Shown in pieces: positions 1 through 9,885 of a DNA stretch of 64,000 nt. A program made the position numbers and the translations under genes. The stretch is from an uncultured Dictyoglomota bacterium. Lineage in GTDB: Bacteria; Dictyoglomota; Dictyoglomia; Dictyoglomales; Dictyoglomaceae. The DNA is taken from the NCBI GenBank assembly GCA_964654465.1, contig CAZZIO010000022.1, positions 32,001 through 96,000 of the forward strand, read 5' to 3'. The notes beneath the pieces are model-generated. The model saw nothing but the letters and a program-made list of their open reading frames with translations, had not been told where the DNA came from and ran no database searches. Every line of letters begins with the position of its first letter. The first letter of the stretch is position 1.

Positions 1-420
1 AGGTATATCCAAATTGTTAAGTATTTCTAATTTTTTTAATAAAATATCAAAGGTTCCTTTTCCCCTCAATTTTTCATAAATTTCTTTATCACTTCCATCA
101 ACAGACACATAAAGATAGACATCATTTTCTTTTATAAATTTCGCTTTTTCATAGTCTAAAAGAAGGAGATTTGTATTTATGGAGACATTTAAATCTAAGT
201 TCTTAGCCTCAACAATGTAATCAAATAATTCGGGGATTAAGAGAGTCTCTCCTCCTGTAAAATCAATATGAGTAAAATTTAATTTTTTTGCTTCTCCTAT
301 TAATTTTAATACTCTTTCTTTTGATATTTTTTTCTCCCAATTTCTAGCATGTACATAACAATGTGGACAATTCAAATTACATTTAATATCTAAAATCCAA
401 ATTATTTCAGTAAAGAAGAT
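1..420 (-). CDS. Radical SAM protein, truncated at the window edge; probable non-canonical ATC start
   Basis: Not in the ORF track. Manual translation gives IFFTEIIWILDIKCNLNCPHCY...DFTGGETLL...INTN...VSVDG, i.e. CxxxCxxC plus GGE. GGAGG lies 5 nt before ATC at 420 and an in-frame TAA lies just upstream. Confidence 0.85.
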   Translation of the reverse strand, partial: MFFTEIIWILDIKCNLNCPHCYVHARNWEKKISKERVLKLIGEAKKLNFTHIDFTGGETLLIPELFDYIVEAKNLDLNVSINTNLLLLDYEKAKFIKENDVYLYVSVDGSDKEIYEKLRGKGTFDILLKKLEILNNLDIP

Positions 421-470
421 ATCAACCTCCCTTTTTAAGATTTAAATTATTTTATTTTTTGAGTATTTAA

Positions 471-499
471 AGTTTACAATCTTAAAAAAAATTTGTCAA
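471..499 (-). promoter_or_regulatory. Sigma70-type promoter for the radical SAM gene
   Basis: TTGACA-17 bp-TAAACT on the minus strand, with an extended -10 TG. Confidence 0.6.
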
Positions 500-601
500 A
501 AAATTGGAATCAATTTTTAAAAAATGAATTTTTAAAAGAACTATAAATCTCAGCTTAAATAAATATTAAGAAAACAATAATGTAACTAATACCATGACCA
601 T

Positions 602-629
602 TTGACATAGAAAATTAATTTGTGATAAT
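602..629 (+). promoter_or_regulatory. Sigma70-type promoter for the amylase gene
   Basis: TTGACA-16 bp-GATAAT with TG extension. Confidence 0.6.
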
Positions 630-639
630 CTTTATCCCA

Positions 640-699
640 AGAAGCGTAGGGTAGGTAAAAAGCCCGGGCGAGTGTAAACAATACGCTCTCCGGGCTTCT
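640..699 (+). promoter_or_regulatory. Structured GC-rich 5' leader hairpin upstream of the amylase gene
   Basis: AAGCCCGG-G-C-GAGUGUA-loop-UACGCUC-U-CCGGGCUU stem at 660-697; the G-U pairs form on the + strand only. Confidence 0.55.
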
Positions 700-740
700 A
701 AAATTTATCTTTATTAACACATGTTAATGAGGAGGAAAAC

Positions 741-2228
741 ATGAATAAAAAATTGAAATTTATTATAATCTTTTTATTTATTACCCTTTTATTTTTATTT
801 TATGCCCATGGATATAATTTACCTTGGTACAAAAATGCAACTTTTTATGAGATTTTCGTTAGATCTTTTGCAGATAGTGATGGTGATAAAGTGGGAGATT
901 TAAAAGGATTAACTAATAAATTAGATTATCTAAAAGAACTTAATATAGATGGCATATGGTTAATGCCCATATTTATGTCTGTAAGTTATCATGGATACGA
1001 TGTAACTGACTTTTATGACATTCATCCAGCATATGGAAATATGGAAGATTTTGAAGAATTAATTAAAGAAGCCCATAGAAAAAAGATAAAAATAATTCTT
1101 GATTTAGTTGTAAATCACACCTCATCCCGACATCCTTGGTTCATAAGTGCATCAAACTCTTATACTTCCCTATACAGAGATTATTATATTTGGAACAATA
1201 CAAAACCAACTCAGAACTCCAATTTTTGGTATTATAAAAATACGGGTTATTACTATGCCTTCTTTTGGTCTGAAATGCCTGATCTAAACTTTGATAATAC
1301 AAAGGTTAGAGAAGAAATCAAAAAGATAGCTAAATATTGGCTCGAAAAAGGTGTAGATGGATTTAGACTTGACGCTGTAAAGCATATATATGATGACGAT
1401 AATAAAAACATATTATGGTGGAAAGAGTTTTATGATTATTTAAAAAAAATCAAACCAGATGTATATCTTGTGGGAGAAGTCTGGGACAACGAATATGTAA
1501 TAGCAGAATATTATAAGTCACTTCCTTCGCTTTTTAACTTTCCCCTTTCAGACAAAATTATGAGTTCAGTAGCAAATCAAAGAGATTTAGGAATATGCGA
1601 TTTTTTAGATATGGAAAGAGAAATGTTTAAAGAAAATTATTCCGATTTTACTGATGCTACCTTCTTAAGAAATCATGATCAGGTTAGAGTAAGAACATCT
1701 TTTGGGGGGAGTATTGATAAAAGTCTACTTGCAGGTTCCATATACCTAACTCTTCCTGGAACTCCCTTTATATATTATGGTGAAGAAATAGGGATGGAAG
1801 GAGCAAAACCAGACGAATACATAAGAGAACCTTTTAAATGGACAGATCAAATGAATTCCAAAGAACAAACCTACTGGATAAAGCCTAAATATAATATTCC
1901 TAACAATGGCATATCCTATACTACAGAAAAAGAGGATAAGAATAGTATATTAAACCATTATAAACTACTCCTTAAACTAAGGAAAGAATATAAAGCTTTA
2001 TCCTTGGGAGAAATGAAAAAAATTAATCTAAATGATAAAAGTTTATTGGCATACCTAAGAGAAATAGATAATGAAGAAATATTAGTAATACATAATCTTA
2101 ATAGGGTAGAAAAGATGATAAGTCTAAACTTTACTTTTAAGAATATTCTCTATTCAAGAAACACTAACATAAAAGATAATAAAATAATATTAGGTCCCTT
2201 TAGCAGTATCATAATCGAAGTTCAATAA
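741..2228 (+). CDS. amyC: Secreted alpha-amylase, GH13
   Basis: Signal peptide; motifs DLVVNH, GFRLDAVKH, GEVW and FLRNHD; closely resembles D. thermophilum AmyC as recalled. Confidence 0.9.
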   Translation: MNKKLKFIIIFLFITLLFLFYAHGYNLPWYKNATFYEIFVRSFADSDGDKVGDLKGLTNKLDYLKELNIDGIWLMPIFMSVSYHGYDVTDFYDIHPAYGNMEDFEELIKEAHRKKIKIILDLVVNHTSSRHPWFISASNSYTSLYRDYYIWNNTKPTQNSNFWYYKNTGYYYAFFWSEMPDLNFDNTKVREEIKKIAKYWLEKGVDGFRLDAVKHIYDDDNKNILWWKEFYDYLKKIKPDVYLVGEVWDNEYVIAEYYKSLPSLFNFPLSDKIMSSVANQRDLGICDFLDMEREMFKENYSDFTDATFLRNHDQVRVRTSFGGSIDKSLLAGSIYLTLPGTPFIYYGEEIGMEGAKPDEYIREPFKWTDQMNSKEQTYWIKPKYNIPNNGISYTTEKEDKNSILNHYKLLLKLRKEYKALSLGEMKKINLNDKSLLAYLREIDNEEILVIHNLNRVEKMISLNFTFKNILYSRNTNIKDNKIILGPFSSIIIEVQ

Positions 2229-3170
2229 TTTTTCCCAGATTTTACTATCTACCATATAACCTGCTTTTTCATAAGCAATTAAGGCAGCTCCTACCGCTGG
2301 AGGTATTCTAAGAGGTACAACCTTACTTTTTTCTGCGAACATTTTCATCTTGGAATGAATATACTCAGGAAGCCAACTTGCTCCCTTATATATACTTCCG
2401 GCTAAAACAACTGGTGTTTCATCTTCTAATAAATCTAATTTTTGCATCAAATTATAAGCAGAAATTACAGTTTCATCTACTATTTTCTCTACAATTCTCC
2501 TTGCCACTTTATCTCCCTTTCTCACACACTCAAAAAGTAAAGGAGCAAGTCCTAAAACCTTATGATATTCCTCAGAGTTATAATATAATCTTTTGGCAAG
2601 TTCATTATAGTCCTTTGCAGAAAAATACTTCAGTACTTCACTTTCAAGGAGGGTTTTCTCCCCTCTACCATCATAAGATCTAAAAGCGTAGAATAACATC
2701 TCTTGTACTACAGATGAAGCACCTCCCCAATCTCCAAAAACATAGCCTTCCCCAAAATATCTATATGATCTTCCATCCTTTGATCTTCCATATCCATTAT
2801 TGCCAGTACCCATTATTATGATTACACCCCAGAACTCCATATTCCCAGCCCTTAAAGCAATGGGGGCATCATTTTCAATAACTAAATCCTTAGCTATGTT
2901 TAAGGATCTTGCATCTTTCTCCAACATCTCAAAATCCTCTGGGAAATCTGCACCTGCAAGCCCAAAACATGCAAAATCAAATATAATATCCCCTATTTTT
3001 TCTTTAGCCTTATCTATAGCTAACATCCAATTTTTCTTTGCCCTTTCAATACCTATACCCTCATAATTTCCAGGGCCAGATCTACCAAAGCCTACAATTT
3101 CTCCTTTTTCATTTAAAATAATAGCCTCTGTTTTTGTACCTCCAGCATCTAAGCCAAGAAAGTATCTCAT
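2190..3170 (-). CDS. BadF/BadG/BcrA/BcrD-family sugar kinase (N-acetylglucosamine kinase-like)
   Basis: GLDAGGTKT, GLAGAD, ENDA, GTG and GDWGG motifs. Confidence 0.85.
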   Translation of the reverse strand: MRYFLGLDAGGTKTEAIILNEKGEIVGFGRSGPGNYEGIGIERAKKNWMLAIDKAKEKIGDIIFDFACFGLAGADFPEDFEMLEKDARSLNIAKDLVIENDAPIALRAGNMEFWGVIIIMGTGNNGYGRSKDGRSYRYFGEGYVFGDWGGASSVVQEMLFYAFRSYDGRGEKTLLESEVLKYFSAKDYNELAKRLYYNSEEYHKVLGLAPLLFECVRKGDKVARRIVEKIVDETVISAYNLMQKLDLLEDETPVVLAGSIYKGASWLPEYIHSKMKMFAEKSKVVPLRIPPAVGAALIAYEKAGYMVDSKIWEKLLNFDYDTAKGT

Positions 3171-3180
3171 ATATTACTCC

Positions 3181-4431
3181 TTAACTTAATTTTGGGAAAT
3201 ATTCTTTATTTTCCTCTATTAATCTATTAAGAACTTTTTCCGCAAGAGTAAATGAAGAGATTAATGGATGTTGTGCAAGAGCAAAAACAGCCTTTTTATA
3301 CGAACCTTCCATAGCAGACTCTATTGTCAATCTCTCATATACTTTTACAGCCTGTATGATTCCTTTTACTTCGAGAGGTAAATTACCTATAATATACCTT
3401 TGAAACATATCATGTTTTACGTAAACCGGTATCTCCACCACTGAATCATCCGGAAGATCTCTTATAGCCCCATTATTCATAACGTTTATTATCTGAAACC
3501 CATCTTTCATACCTAAAAGATGCATAATCAGATTAACAGCAGATATTGAATAATATGCTCCCCCTCTTTTGGAAAGTTCCACTGGTTTATTATCTACCTT
3601 AGGGTCACTATATATTTTTAATAACTCTTCTTCTACTTTCATCACTTCTTCTGCTCTTTTTGGTTTATGTTTTAACTCTTCAACTTTTTCCTCTCTAAAA
3701 AAGTAATATCTGAGATAATAATTGGGGAATAAACCTAAAATGTCTATAATTCTTTTTTCCTCTTCCGACAATTTTTCTTTTGCCTTATCTAATAAATATT
3801 GAGTTTTATCTTCTCCCTTTATAAATATTCTTCTTACAAAACTCAAATGATTAAGACCAAAATAGTCTAAAAAGACCTCTTCTAAGCTTACACCTGATAA
3901 ATCAGCAAAAAATTTTTGAAAATTTATAGGCACATTACATAAACCTATAGCCTTTACTTTAGTATATCTGAGAAGCATTTCTGTGATTATTCCGGAAGGA
4001 TTAGTAAAATTAATAAACCAAGCATTAGGAGCATATCTTTCTACCTTTTTTGCTATATCATAAACCACTGGTATAGTTCTAAGAGCATTTGCAAATCCGC
4101 CTGCCCCAGTAGTCTCTTGTCCTAAAAGATTAAATTCTAAAGGAATAGTTTCATCTAAGAGTCGCGATTTATTACCTCCAACCCTTATTTGATTTATTAT
4201 AAAATCAGCTCCCTCTAAATTTTCTTCCAAATTTGTACTTTTTAAAAATTCTATTTCAGCTCCAGCTTTTCTGGCCATCCTTAATAGAAAATCATATACA
4301 ATATTTAATCTTTCAGTATTAATATCAATAAGAACAATTTTTAAAGGATGAACCTCTTGCCAAATATTTAAAAACCCTTCAATTAATTCTGGAGCATATG
4401 TACTACCTCCACCAATAACTACTACTTTCAT
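3181..4431 (-). CDS. 6-phospho-beta-glucosidase, GH4
   Basis: IGGGSTY, GQETTGAGG, NFTNP, GLCNVP and GLNH motifs. Confidence 0.92.
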   Translation of the reverse strand: MKVVVIGGGSTYAPELIEGFLNIWQEVHPLKIVLIDINTERLNIVYDFLLRMARKAGAEIEFLKSTNLEENLEGADFIINQIRVGGNKSRLLDETIPLEFNLLGQETTGAGGFANALRTIPVVYDIAKKVERYAPNAWFINFTNPSGIITEMLLRYTKVKAIGLCNVPINFQKFFADLSGVSLEEVFLDYFGLNHLSFVRRIFIKGEDKTQYLLDKAKEKLSEEEKRIIDILGLFPNYYLRYYFFREEKVEELKHKPKRAEEVMKVEEELLKIYSDPKVDNKPVELSKRGGAYYSISAVNLIMHLLGMKDGFQIINVMNNGAIRDLPDDSVVEIPVYVKHDMFQRYIIGNLPLEVKGIIQAVKVYERLTIESAMEGSYKKAVFALAQHPLISSFTLAEKVLNRLIEENKEYFPKLS

Positions 4432-4482
4432 TTTGGAATACCTCCAAGAATTATTTTGTTTCTTCTAATTATAACATACTTT

Positions 4483-4499
4483 ATGGTTTTGTAAACCAT
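4483..4499. promoter_or_regulatory. Palindromic operator candidate overlapping the -35 of the GH4 promoter
   Basis: ATGGTTT-TGT-AAACCAT; minus-strand promoter TTTACA-16-TATAAT. Confidence 0.5.
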
Positions 4500-4521
4500 G
4501 TTTACTATTTTATTACATTCT

Positions 4522-5376
4522 TTACATAAATTTTTTTACTATTTTATCAAACATATCATTAGGATCTCTCTTCTTTTTATATAGAGGTTCGCCTTGTAAT
4601 TGAGGAATAACCTCTTCAAAGGTTGGTCTCTCTTTTTTATAAATAACTCCTATAGGTATCCTTTCACTCCATTCAAGAGATTTCTCAAAAGCCAAGTGTA
4701 TATCTGAAGGATCATAATCTGGACCAAGTTTATATACTCTTTCTTTATACCATTGAAAAGTATTTACCTTATTAAAAGTTACACATGGTTGAAGAATATC
4801 TAATAGAGCAAACCCATTGTGAAGTATAGCAAGTTTCATCATTTCTGTAAGATGATCTGGATCTCCAGAAAAGGACCTTGCTGCAAAAGATGCACCACTT
4901 GCAATAGCTAAGGATATGGGATTCAAGGACGGATAAGGTACCCCCAACGGCTGAACCTTAGTCTTCATTCCCATATCGCTTGTGGGTGATGCCTGACCTT
5001 TTGTTAGACCGTATATTTGGTTATTATGTACAAAAACTTTTATATTTAAATTTCTTCTCATATTATGAATCAAATGATTACCTCCTTCTCCATAGGTATT
5101 TCCATCTCCTGATTCACATATCACAAGAAGCTCTTTATTAGCTATCTTAGCTCCACAGGCTACTGGTATATCTCTTCCATGAAGTCCATTAAAGAGGTTG
5201 CATTTAAAATAGTGAGGCGCTTTTGCAGCTTGACCAATACCAGAAACCATTAGTAATCTATAAGGTGGAATCTCAAGTTCTGCCAATGCTCTTTTTATAC
5301 AATTCAAAATAGACCAGTTTCCACATCCTGGACACCATGCAGGTATTTGATTATTATCAAAGTCCTCTATTCTCAT
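4522..5376 (-). CDS. 2-oxoacid:ferredoxin oxidoreductase, beta subunit
   Basis: WCPGCG, VSGIG, LHGR, the TPP motif GDG...NNQIYGLTKGQASPT, and QPCVTFN. Confidence 0.92.
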   Translation of the reverse strand: MRIEDFDNNQIPAWCPGCGNWSILNCIKRALAELEIPPYRLLMVSGIGQAAKAPHYFKCNLFNGLHGRDIPVACGAKIANKELLVICESGDGNTYGEGGNHLIHNMRRNLNIKVFVHNNQIYGLTKGQASPTSDMGMKTKVQPLGVPYPSLNPISLAIASGASFAARSFSGDPDHLTEMMKLAILHNGFALLDILQPCVTFNKVNTFQWYKERVYKLGPDYDPSDIHLAFEKSLEWSERIPIGVIYKKERPTFEEVIPQLQGEPLYKKKRDPNDMFDKIVKKFM

Positions 5377-7046
5377 CCCATTATCTCCCTCACTCCCTCC
5401 ATAATTTCTTCTACAAAAAATGGCATACCATTATATTTAACAATACCTCTATCTACTTTTATGCATAATTCTTTTCTTATTAAAGCAGCTAATTGTCCTT
5501 CATAATTTCCTTCTATGGTATATAGTTTTTTATCTTTAAAATCATTAAGAATTTTTGTTGGTAAAGGGTAGACATCAGAAAAATGTAAATGTCCTATCTC
5601 ATATCCTTCCTTCAACAAATTAGAAATAGCTTCTCTTATTACCCCGTATGTTGATCCCCAACCGATAAAAACTACCTTGGACTTATCTACACCAAAATAA
5701 ACAGGTTCTTCCACATCTCTCATAATAGCTAATTTCTTTCTCAACCTCTTTTCTACCATCTTTTTTCTTATATTTAAATCTTCTGTAATATGTCCCTCTT
5801 CATCATGTTCATCACTATCAGTAATCACAAAACCCTCAAATTCTCCTGGGATAGCCAAAGGAGAAATTCCATCCTCAGTAATCTTATGCCTTAAATAGTT
5901 TTTATCTCCCAATATCCTATAATTCTTAATCCCAGGAACATGAAGACCATCTATAACAGCCTTAGAATCAATAAGATACTGATCAGTAAGAATAATAGAT
6001 GGCACCTGATATTTTTCAGCTATCTCAAAAGCCTTTATAGTTTTATAATAAGCATCCTTCTGATCTCTTGGTGCAGTGACATATTTGGGAAATTCTCCAT
6101 GACCCGCATGAATAACAAAATTAAGATCAGCTTGTTCTGTTCTTGTAGGAAGACCTGTAGCTGGTCCAGGACGTTGAGCTACATGAATAACCACAGGAGT
6201 TTCTGTCATACCAGCCAAGCTCAAGCCCTCCACCATTAAAGCAAATCCTCCTCCAGAGGTGGTTACCATAGATCTTGCTCCTGCAAAAAAACCTCCAACT
6301 GCCATATTTATTGCAGCGATTTCATCTTCAGCTTGTTCTACTACAATATCAAAATCAATTTCATGTTCTGCTAAAAAATTCATTACTGCAGTACCTGGAG
6401 TCATAGGATAAGAAGCAAGGAATTTACAACCTGCTACAATAGCACCAAATCCTACAGCCTCTCCTCCATTTATTATTAATCTTCCTTCTCTTTCTCTTTT
6501 TGGAAATTCTCCACATCTTCTATTTATATTCAATGCATAAATATATCCTGCCTCTAATGCTTTAATGTTCATATCTATGTATTCATCTTTAAAGGATTCA
6601 GAAATCACTTTTTTCATCTCTTCTAAGTCACCAGATACTAATCCCAAAAGAACCCCACAAATAACAGTATTTTCTACTAACTTCGTCTTAGCCACCTCTT
6701 GGGCAATTTTTCTAACTGGGACTTTATACATCCCATCAAAACTAAAATCTCCTTTTATATTTTCATCACAAATAATATGTCCACCTTTTTTAACATGTCC
6801 CTTATGAAGCTCAATAGTTTCACTATTTAAGGCAACAAGAATATCTATTTTCTCACTATCTATAGCATAAATAGGATTATCCGAAATTCTTATTAAGCTA
6901 TAATTATGGCCACCTCTTATGCGGGATTGATAACTTTCAATAGTAAAAATAAAATAGCCTATTCGGTAAAAAAATTTAGAAAGGATATTAGATATGGTTT
7001 GTATTCCTTGGCCAGCCTCTCCCCCTATTAATATTTTACAATCCAT
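5373..7046 (-). CDS. 2-oxoacid:ferredoxin oxidoreductase, alpha subunit (gamma-alpha fusion)
   Basis: GGEAGQG, SRIRGGH, YPMTP, EDEIAA, TSGGG and QRPGPATGLPT motifs. Confidence 0.92.
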   Translation of the reverse strand: MDCKILIGGEAGQGIQTISNILSKFFYRIGYFIFTIESYQSRIRGGHNYSLIRISDNPIYAIDSEKIDILVALNSETIELHKGHVKKGGHIICDENIKGDFSFDGMYKVPVRKIAQEVAKTKLVENTVICGVLLGLVSGDLEEMKKVISESFKDEYIDMNIKALEAGYIYALNINRRCGEFPKREREGRLIINGGEAVGFGAIVAGCKFLASYPMTPGTAVMNFLAEHEIDFDIVVEQAEDEIAAINMAVGGFFAGARSMVTTSGGGFALMVEGLSLAGMTETPVVIHVAQRPGPATGLPTRTEQADLNFVIHAGHGEFPKYVTAPRDQKDAYYKTIKAFEIAEKYQVPSIILTDQYLIDSKAVIDGLHVPGIKNYRILGDKNYLRHKITEDGISPLAIPGEFEGFVITDSDEHDEEGHITEDLNIRKKMVEKRLRKKLAIMRDVEEPVYFGVDKSKVVFIGWGSTYGVIREAISNLLKEGYEIGHLHFSDVYPLPTKILNDFKDKKLYTIEGNYEGQLAALIRKELCIKVDRGIVKYNGMPFFVEEIMEGVREIMG

Positions 7047-7085
7047 TTTTTCTCTACCCCTTTTTTGTAATTATTATAACTTATT

Positions 7086-8204
7086 TTAAACCTCTTTAAA
7101 ATACCCTAAAAACCCTAATATACCAGCTCCTATTAACAGACTATCTCTACCTAATTTTGATGAATAAAAGAAAATCTTACCCCTCAAATTATTAAATATA
7201 TGTTTTTCTACTTTTTCTTTTAAAATTTTTGTGATCATATCAAGAATATTTTGATTTATAAACATATTACCAGAAATACATACAGCTTCAGGAGCCAAAA
7301 GATGTATAGCATTTGCTAACGAAATCCCTAAATAATTAAAAGTTCTCTCCAGAATTTCATTTTCCCTTTTATACAAAAATTCCTTCAGAACGTTTTCAAA
7401 ATCGTTCTCATAACCAAAATCCTTAACTATTTTAGAAAGGGAGGCATAAATTTCCAAACAACCAGAATTACCACACCAACACTTCTCACCATTTTCTTTA
7501 ATAGTAGTATGACCAATTTCACCTTCGATACCCTGAAAACCTTCCAAGATCTCTCCTTTATAAAATATTCCAAGTCCAATACCTTTCTCTAATAATAGAT
7601 AAAAAAATGTATTATATCTACCAGCATCCCCATACCAATTTTCAGCTATTAATCCCACATTAGTATCCTTTTCTATATATATAGGTTTCTTATAATATTT
7701 TTCTAAAAATGATATAATCTCGAAATTTTCCCAATTTAAACTTACAGAAAGAATAACCTTTCCATTTTCCCTATCAATTATTCCTGGTACTGAGAGAAAA
7801 ATAGCAATTATTTTTTCACTGTATTTCCTATAAAGAGGATCTATAAGCTTTAATAAATCTTCTTTAGCATCTATCTTGTATGATATACTCTCCTCAATTT
7901 CTCCTTTTGCATTAAAAATAGCAGATCTTCCTTCCATACCACTAAGATCTACTGAAAGTACCTTCAAATCTGGATTAATAATTAACTTAGTAGGCCTTCT
8001 TCCTCTCTCTGTCTCCACTTTTCCTACTTCTATTATTATTTTCTTTTTAATAAGATCATCTACTATCTCTGAAATAGCAGTCTTTGTAAGATTAGATATT
8101 CGAGCAAGTTCAGCTCGTGATCTTGGTCCTGTTCTCATTAATATTTCAAGAATAAGATTTTTGTTATATGTTCCTATATATTCAGGAGTTCTCCCTTTCT
8201 TCAT
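7086..8204 (-). CDS. ROK-family transcriptional repressor
   Basis: N-terminal HTH (SRAELAR), GRRP, and GEIGH...CWCGNSGCLE. Confidence 0.9.
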   Translation of the reverse strand: MKKGRTPEYIGTYNKNLILEILMRTGPRSRAELARISNLTKTAISEIVDDLIKKKIIIEVGKVETERGRRPTKLIINPDLKVLSVDLSGMEGRSAIFNAKGEIEESISYKIDAKEDLLKLIDPLYRKYSEKIIAIFLSVPGIIDRENGKVILSVSLNWENFEIISFLEKYYKKPIYIEKDTNVGLIAENWYGDAGRYNTFFYLLLEKGIGLGIFYKGEILEGFQGIEGEIGHTTIKENGEKCWCGNSGCLEIYASLSKIVKDFGYENDFENVLKEFLYKRENEILERTFNYLGISLANAIHLLAPEAVCISGNMFINQNILDMITKILKEKVEKHIFNNLRGKIFFYSSKLGRDSLLIGAGILGFLGYFKEV

Positions 8205-8325
8205 ACTACTTCTCTCCTTTTTGTTAAACTTAATATTAAATTCATTAAAATTTTAACATAAAAAATTTTTTTTCCAATTGTGATATAATATCCTACTAAA
8301 AACCAAAAAGGTGGTGTCAATTAAA

Positions 8326-9156
8326 ATGAAAAAGATAGTTATTTTTATCATACTATCAATAATAACTCTTTTAAACAGCATTTATGGAATTCAAACCATA
8401 TCAGTATCCATTCCTCCCATAGGTAGCATCTTAAGATATATTGCAGGTGAAAAATGGAGGATAGAAGTACTTTTACCCCAAAATACAAATCCTCATCTTT
8501 TTGAGCCAACCCCAAACACCATGAAAGCCATAGAAAACTCTAAACTTATAATAATAAATGGGGGAGATGTAGATCTATGGGCAATGAAACTTATTAATAC
8601 TAAACAAAAAGATCTTCTCATAATAGCGGATAGGATTAAAAACAAAGACGATAACCCCCATTATTGGCTTGATCCTCTCATGGTAAAAGAGATAGCACAA
8701 GCCATTTACGAAAAATTAAGAAGCATTGATCCCCAAAATCAAGCTTATTATCAAAATAATTTAAAAATTGTGGAGAAGAATATCCAAGAAATTGATAATT
8801 ATATAAGGAGAAGTCTATCTCCCTATAAGAAAAGGGAGATCATAGCATATCATCCTTCTTGGTATTACTTTTATAAAAGATATGATATCAAAGTATTGAG
8901 CTATATAGAGGAAGGAGAGGGAAAAGAGCCATCCTTGAAGAAGATTCAAGAGATCATAAATATTATTAAAAAACATAAGATTAAATATATTGTAAAAGAA
9001 CCTTTTATTAATCCACCAGTGATAAGAACAATACAAAAAGAAACAGGAGTAAAAGTAGTAGACATGGATCCTATAGGTTTCAATAAAGATTATTTTTCCT
9101 TAATAAAAGAAAATACTAATATTTTGAGAAGTATATTTTATGAACAAAATCATTGA
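8326..9156 (+). CDS. znuA: Zn/Mn ABC transporter substrate-binding protein (start at 8326 or 8311)
   Basis: NPHLFEP, NPHYWLDP and YHPSW motifs; signal peptide. Confidence 0.85.
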   Translation: MKKIVIFIILSIITLLNSIYGIQTISVSIPPIGSILRYIAGEKWRIEVLLPQNTNPHLFEPTPNTMKAIENSKLIIINGGDVDLWAMKLINTKQKDLLIIADRIKNKDDNPHYWLDPLMVKEIAQAIYEKLRSIDPQNQAYYQNNLKIVEKNIQEIDNYIRRSLSPYKKREIIAYHPSWYYFYKRYDIKVLSYIEEGEGKEPSLKKIQEIINIIKKHKIKYIVKEPFINPPVIRTIQKETGVKVVDMDPIGFNKDYFSLIKENTNILRSIFYEQNH

Positions 9157-9883
9157 AATAAAGAATCTAACTTTTTATTACAATAATGATAAGATATTAG
9201 ACAACATAAATTTAGAGGTAGATGAAGGAGAATTTTTGGGTATTATAGGCCCTAATGGGGCTGGAAAATCTACCCTTTTAAAACTAATAGTTGGCATATT
9301 AAAACCTCAACAGGGTAAAATAATTTTATTTGGAAAAGAAATAGATAATATCACTTATGAAAAAAAATTTGTTGGATATGTACCTCAAAAACCTGATATA
9401 GAAAAGTATCTACCATTAAAAGTAAAAGATATTGTTGCCTTTGGAAGAAGAATCGTTAGAGATTGGAAAGCACTTAACAAAGAAGACCATGAAATAATTA
9501 ATAAAATAATGGAAAAGTTAGAGATCAAAGAATATGCAGATAAAATATTTAGTGAACTTTCGGGTGGACAACAACAAAGAGTATTAATTGCAAGAGCCTT
9601 AGTTCAAAACCCCAAAATTCTCCTTTTAGATGAACCAACAGTAGGTGTGGATATAAAAACTCAATATAACTTTTATAGAATTCTTGAAGAGCTAAAAAAT
9701 CAAAAGATCTCTATTATTTTAGTAACCCACGATATCGGAGCTATCACTAATAAGGTGGATAAACTTGCATGTCTAAATAGAAAGTTGTATATTCATGGAT
9801 GCCCTGAAGAAATTAAAATACACGGGGCATTAAGAGAAATATATGGTGAAGAATTTATATATTTAACTCATAAGGAGGATTAA
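9140..9883 (+). CDS. znuC: Zn/Mn ABC transporter ATPase
   Basis: GPNGAGKST, GYVPQ, LSGGQQQR and LLLDEP motifs. Confidence 0.88.
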   Translation: MNKIIEIKNLTFYYNNDKILDNINLEVDEGEFLGIIGPNGAGKSTLLKLIVGILKPQQGKIILFGKEIDNITYEKKFVGYVPQKPDIEKYLPLKVKDIVAFGRRIVRDWKALNKEDHEIINKIMEKLEIKEYADKIFSELSGGQQQRVLIARALVQNPKILLLDEPTVGVDIKTQYNFYRILEELKNQKISIILVTHDIGAITNKVDKLACLNRKLYIHGCPEEIKIHGALREIYGEEFIYLTHKED

Positions 9884-9885
9884 TT

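Noticed and set aside
8205-8325. Zur box upstream of znuA
   Set aside because: No convincing palindrome above the AT-rich background
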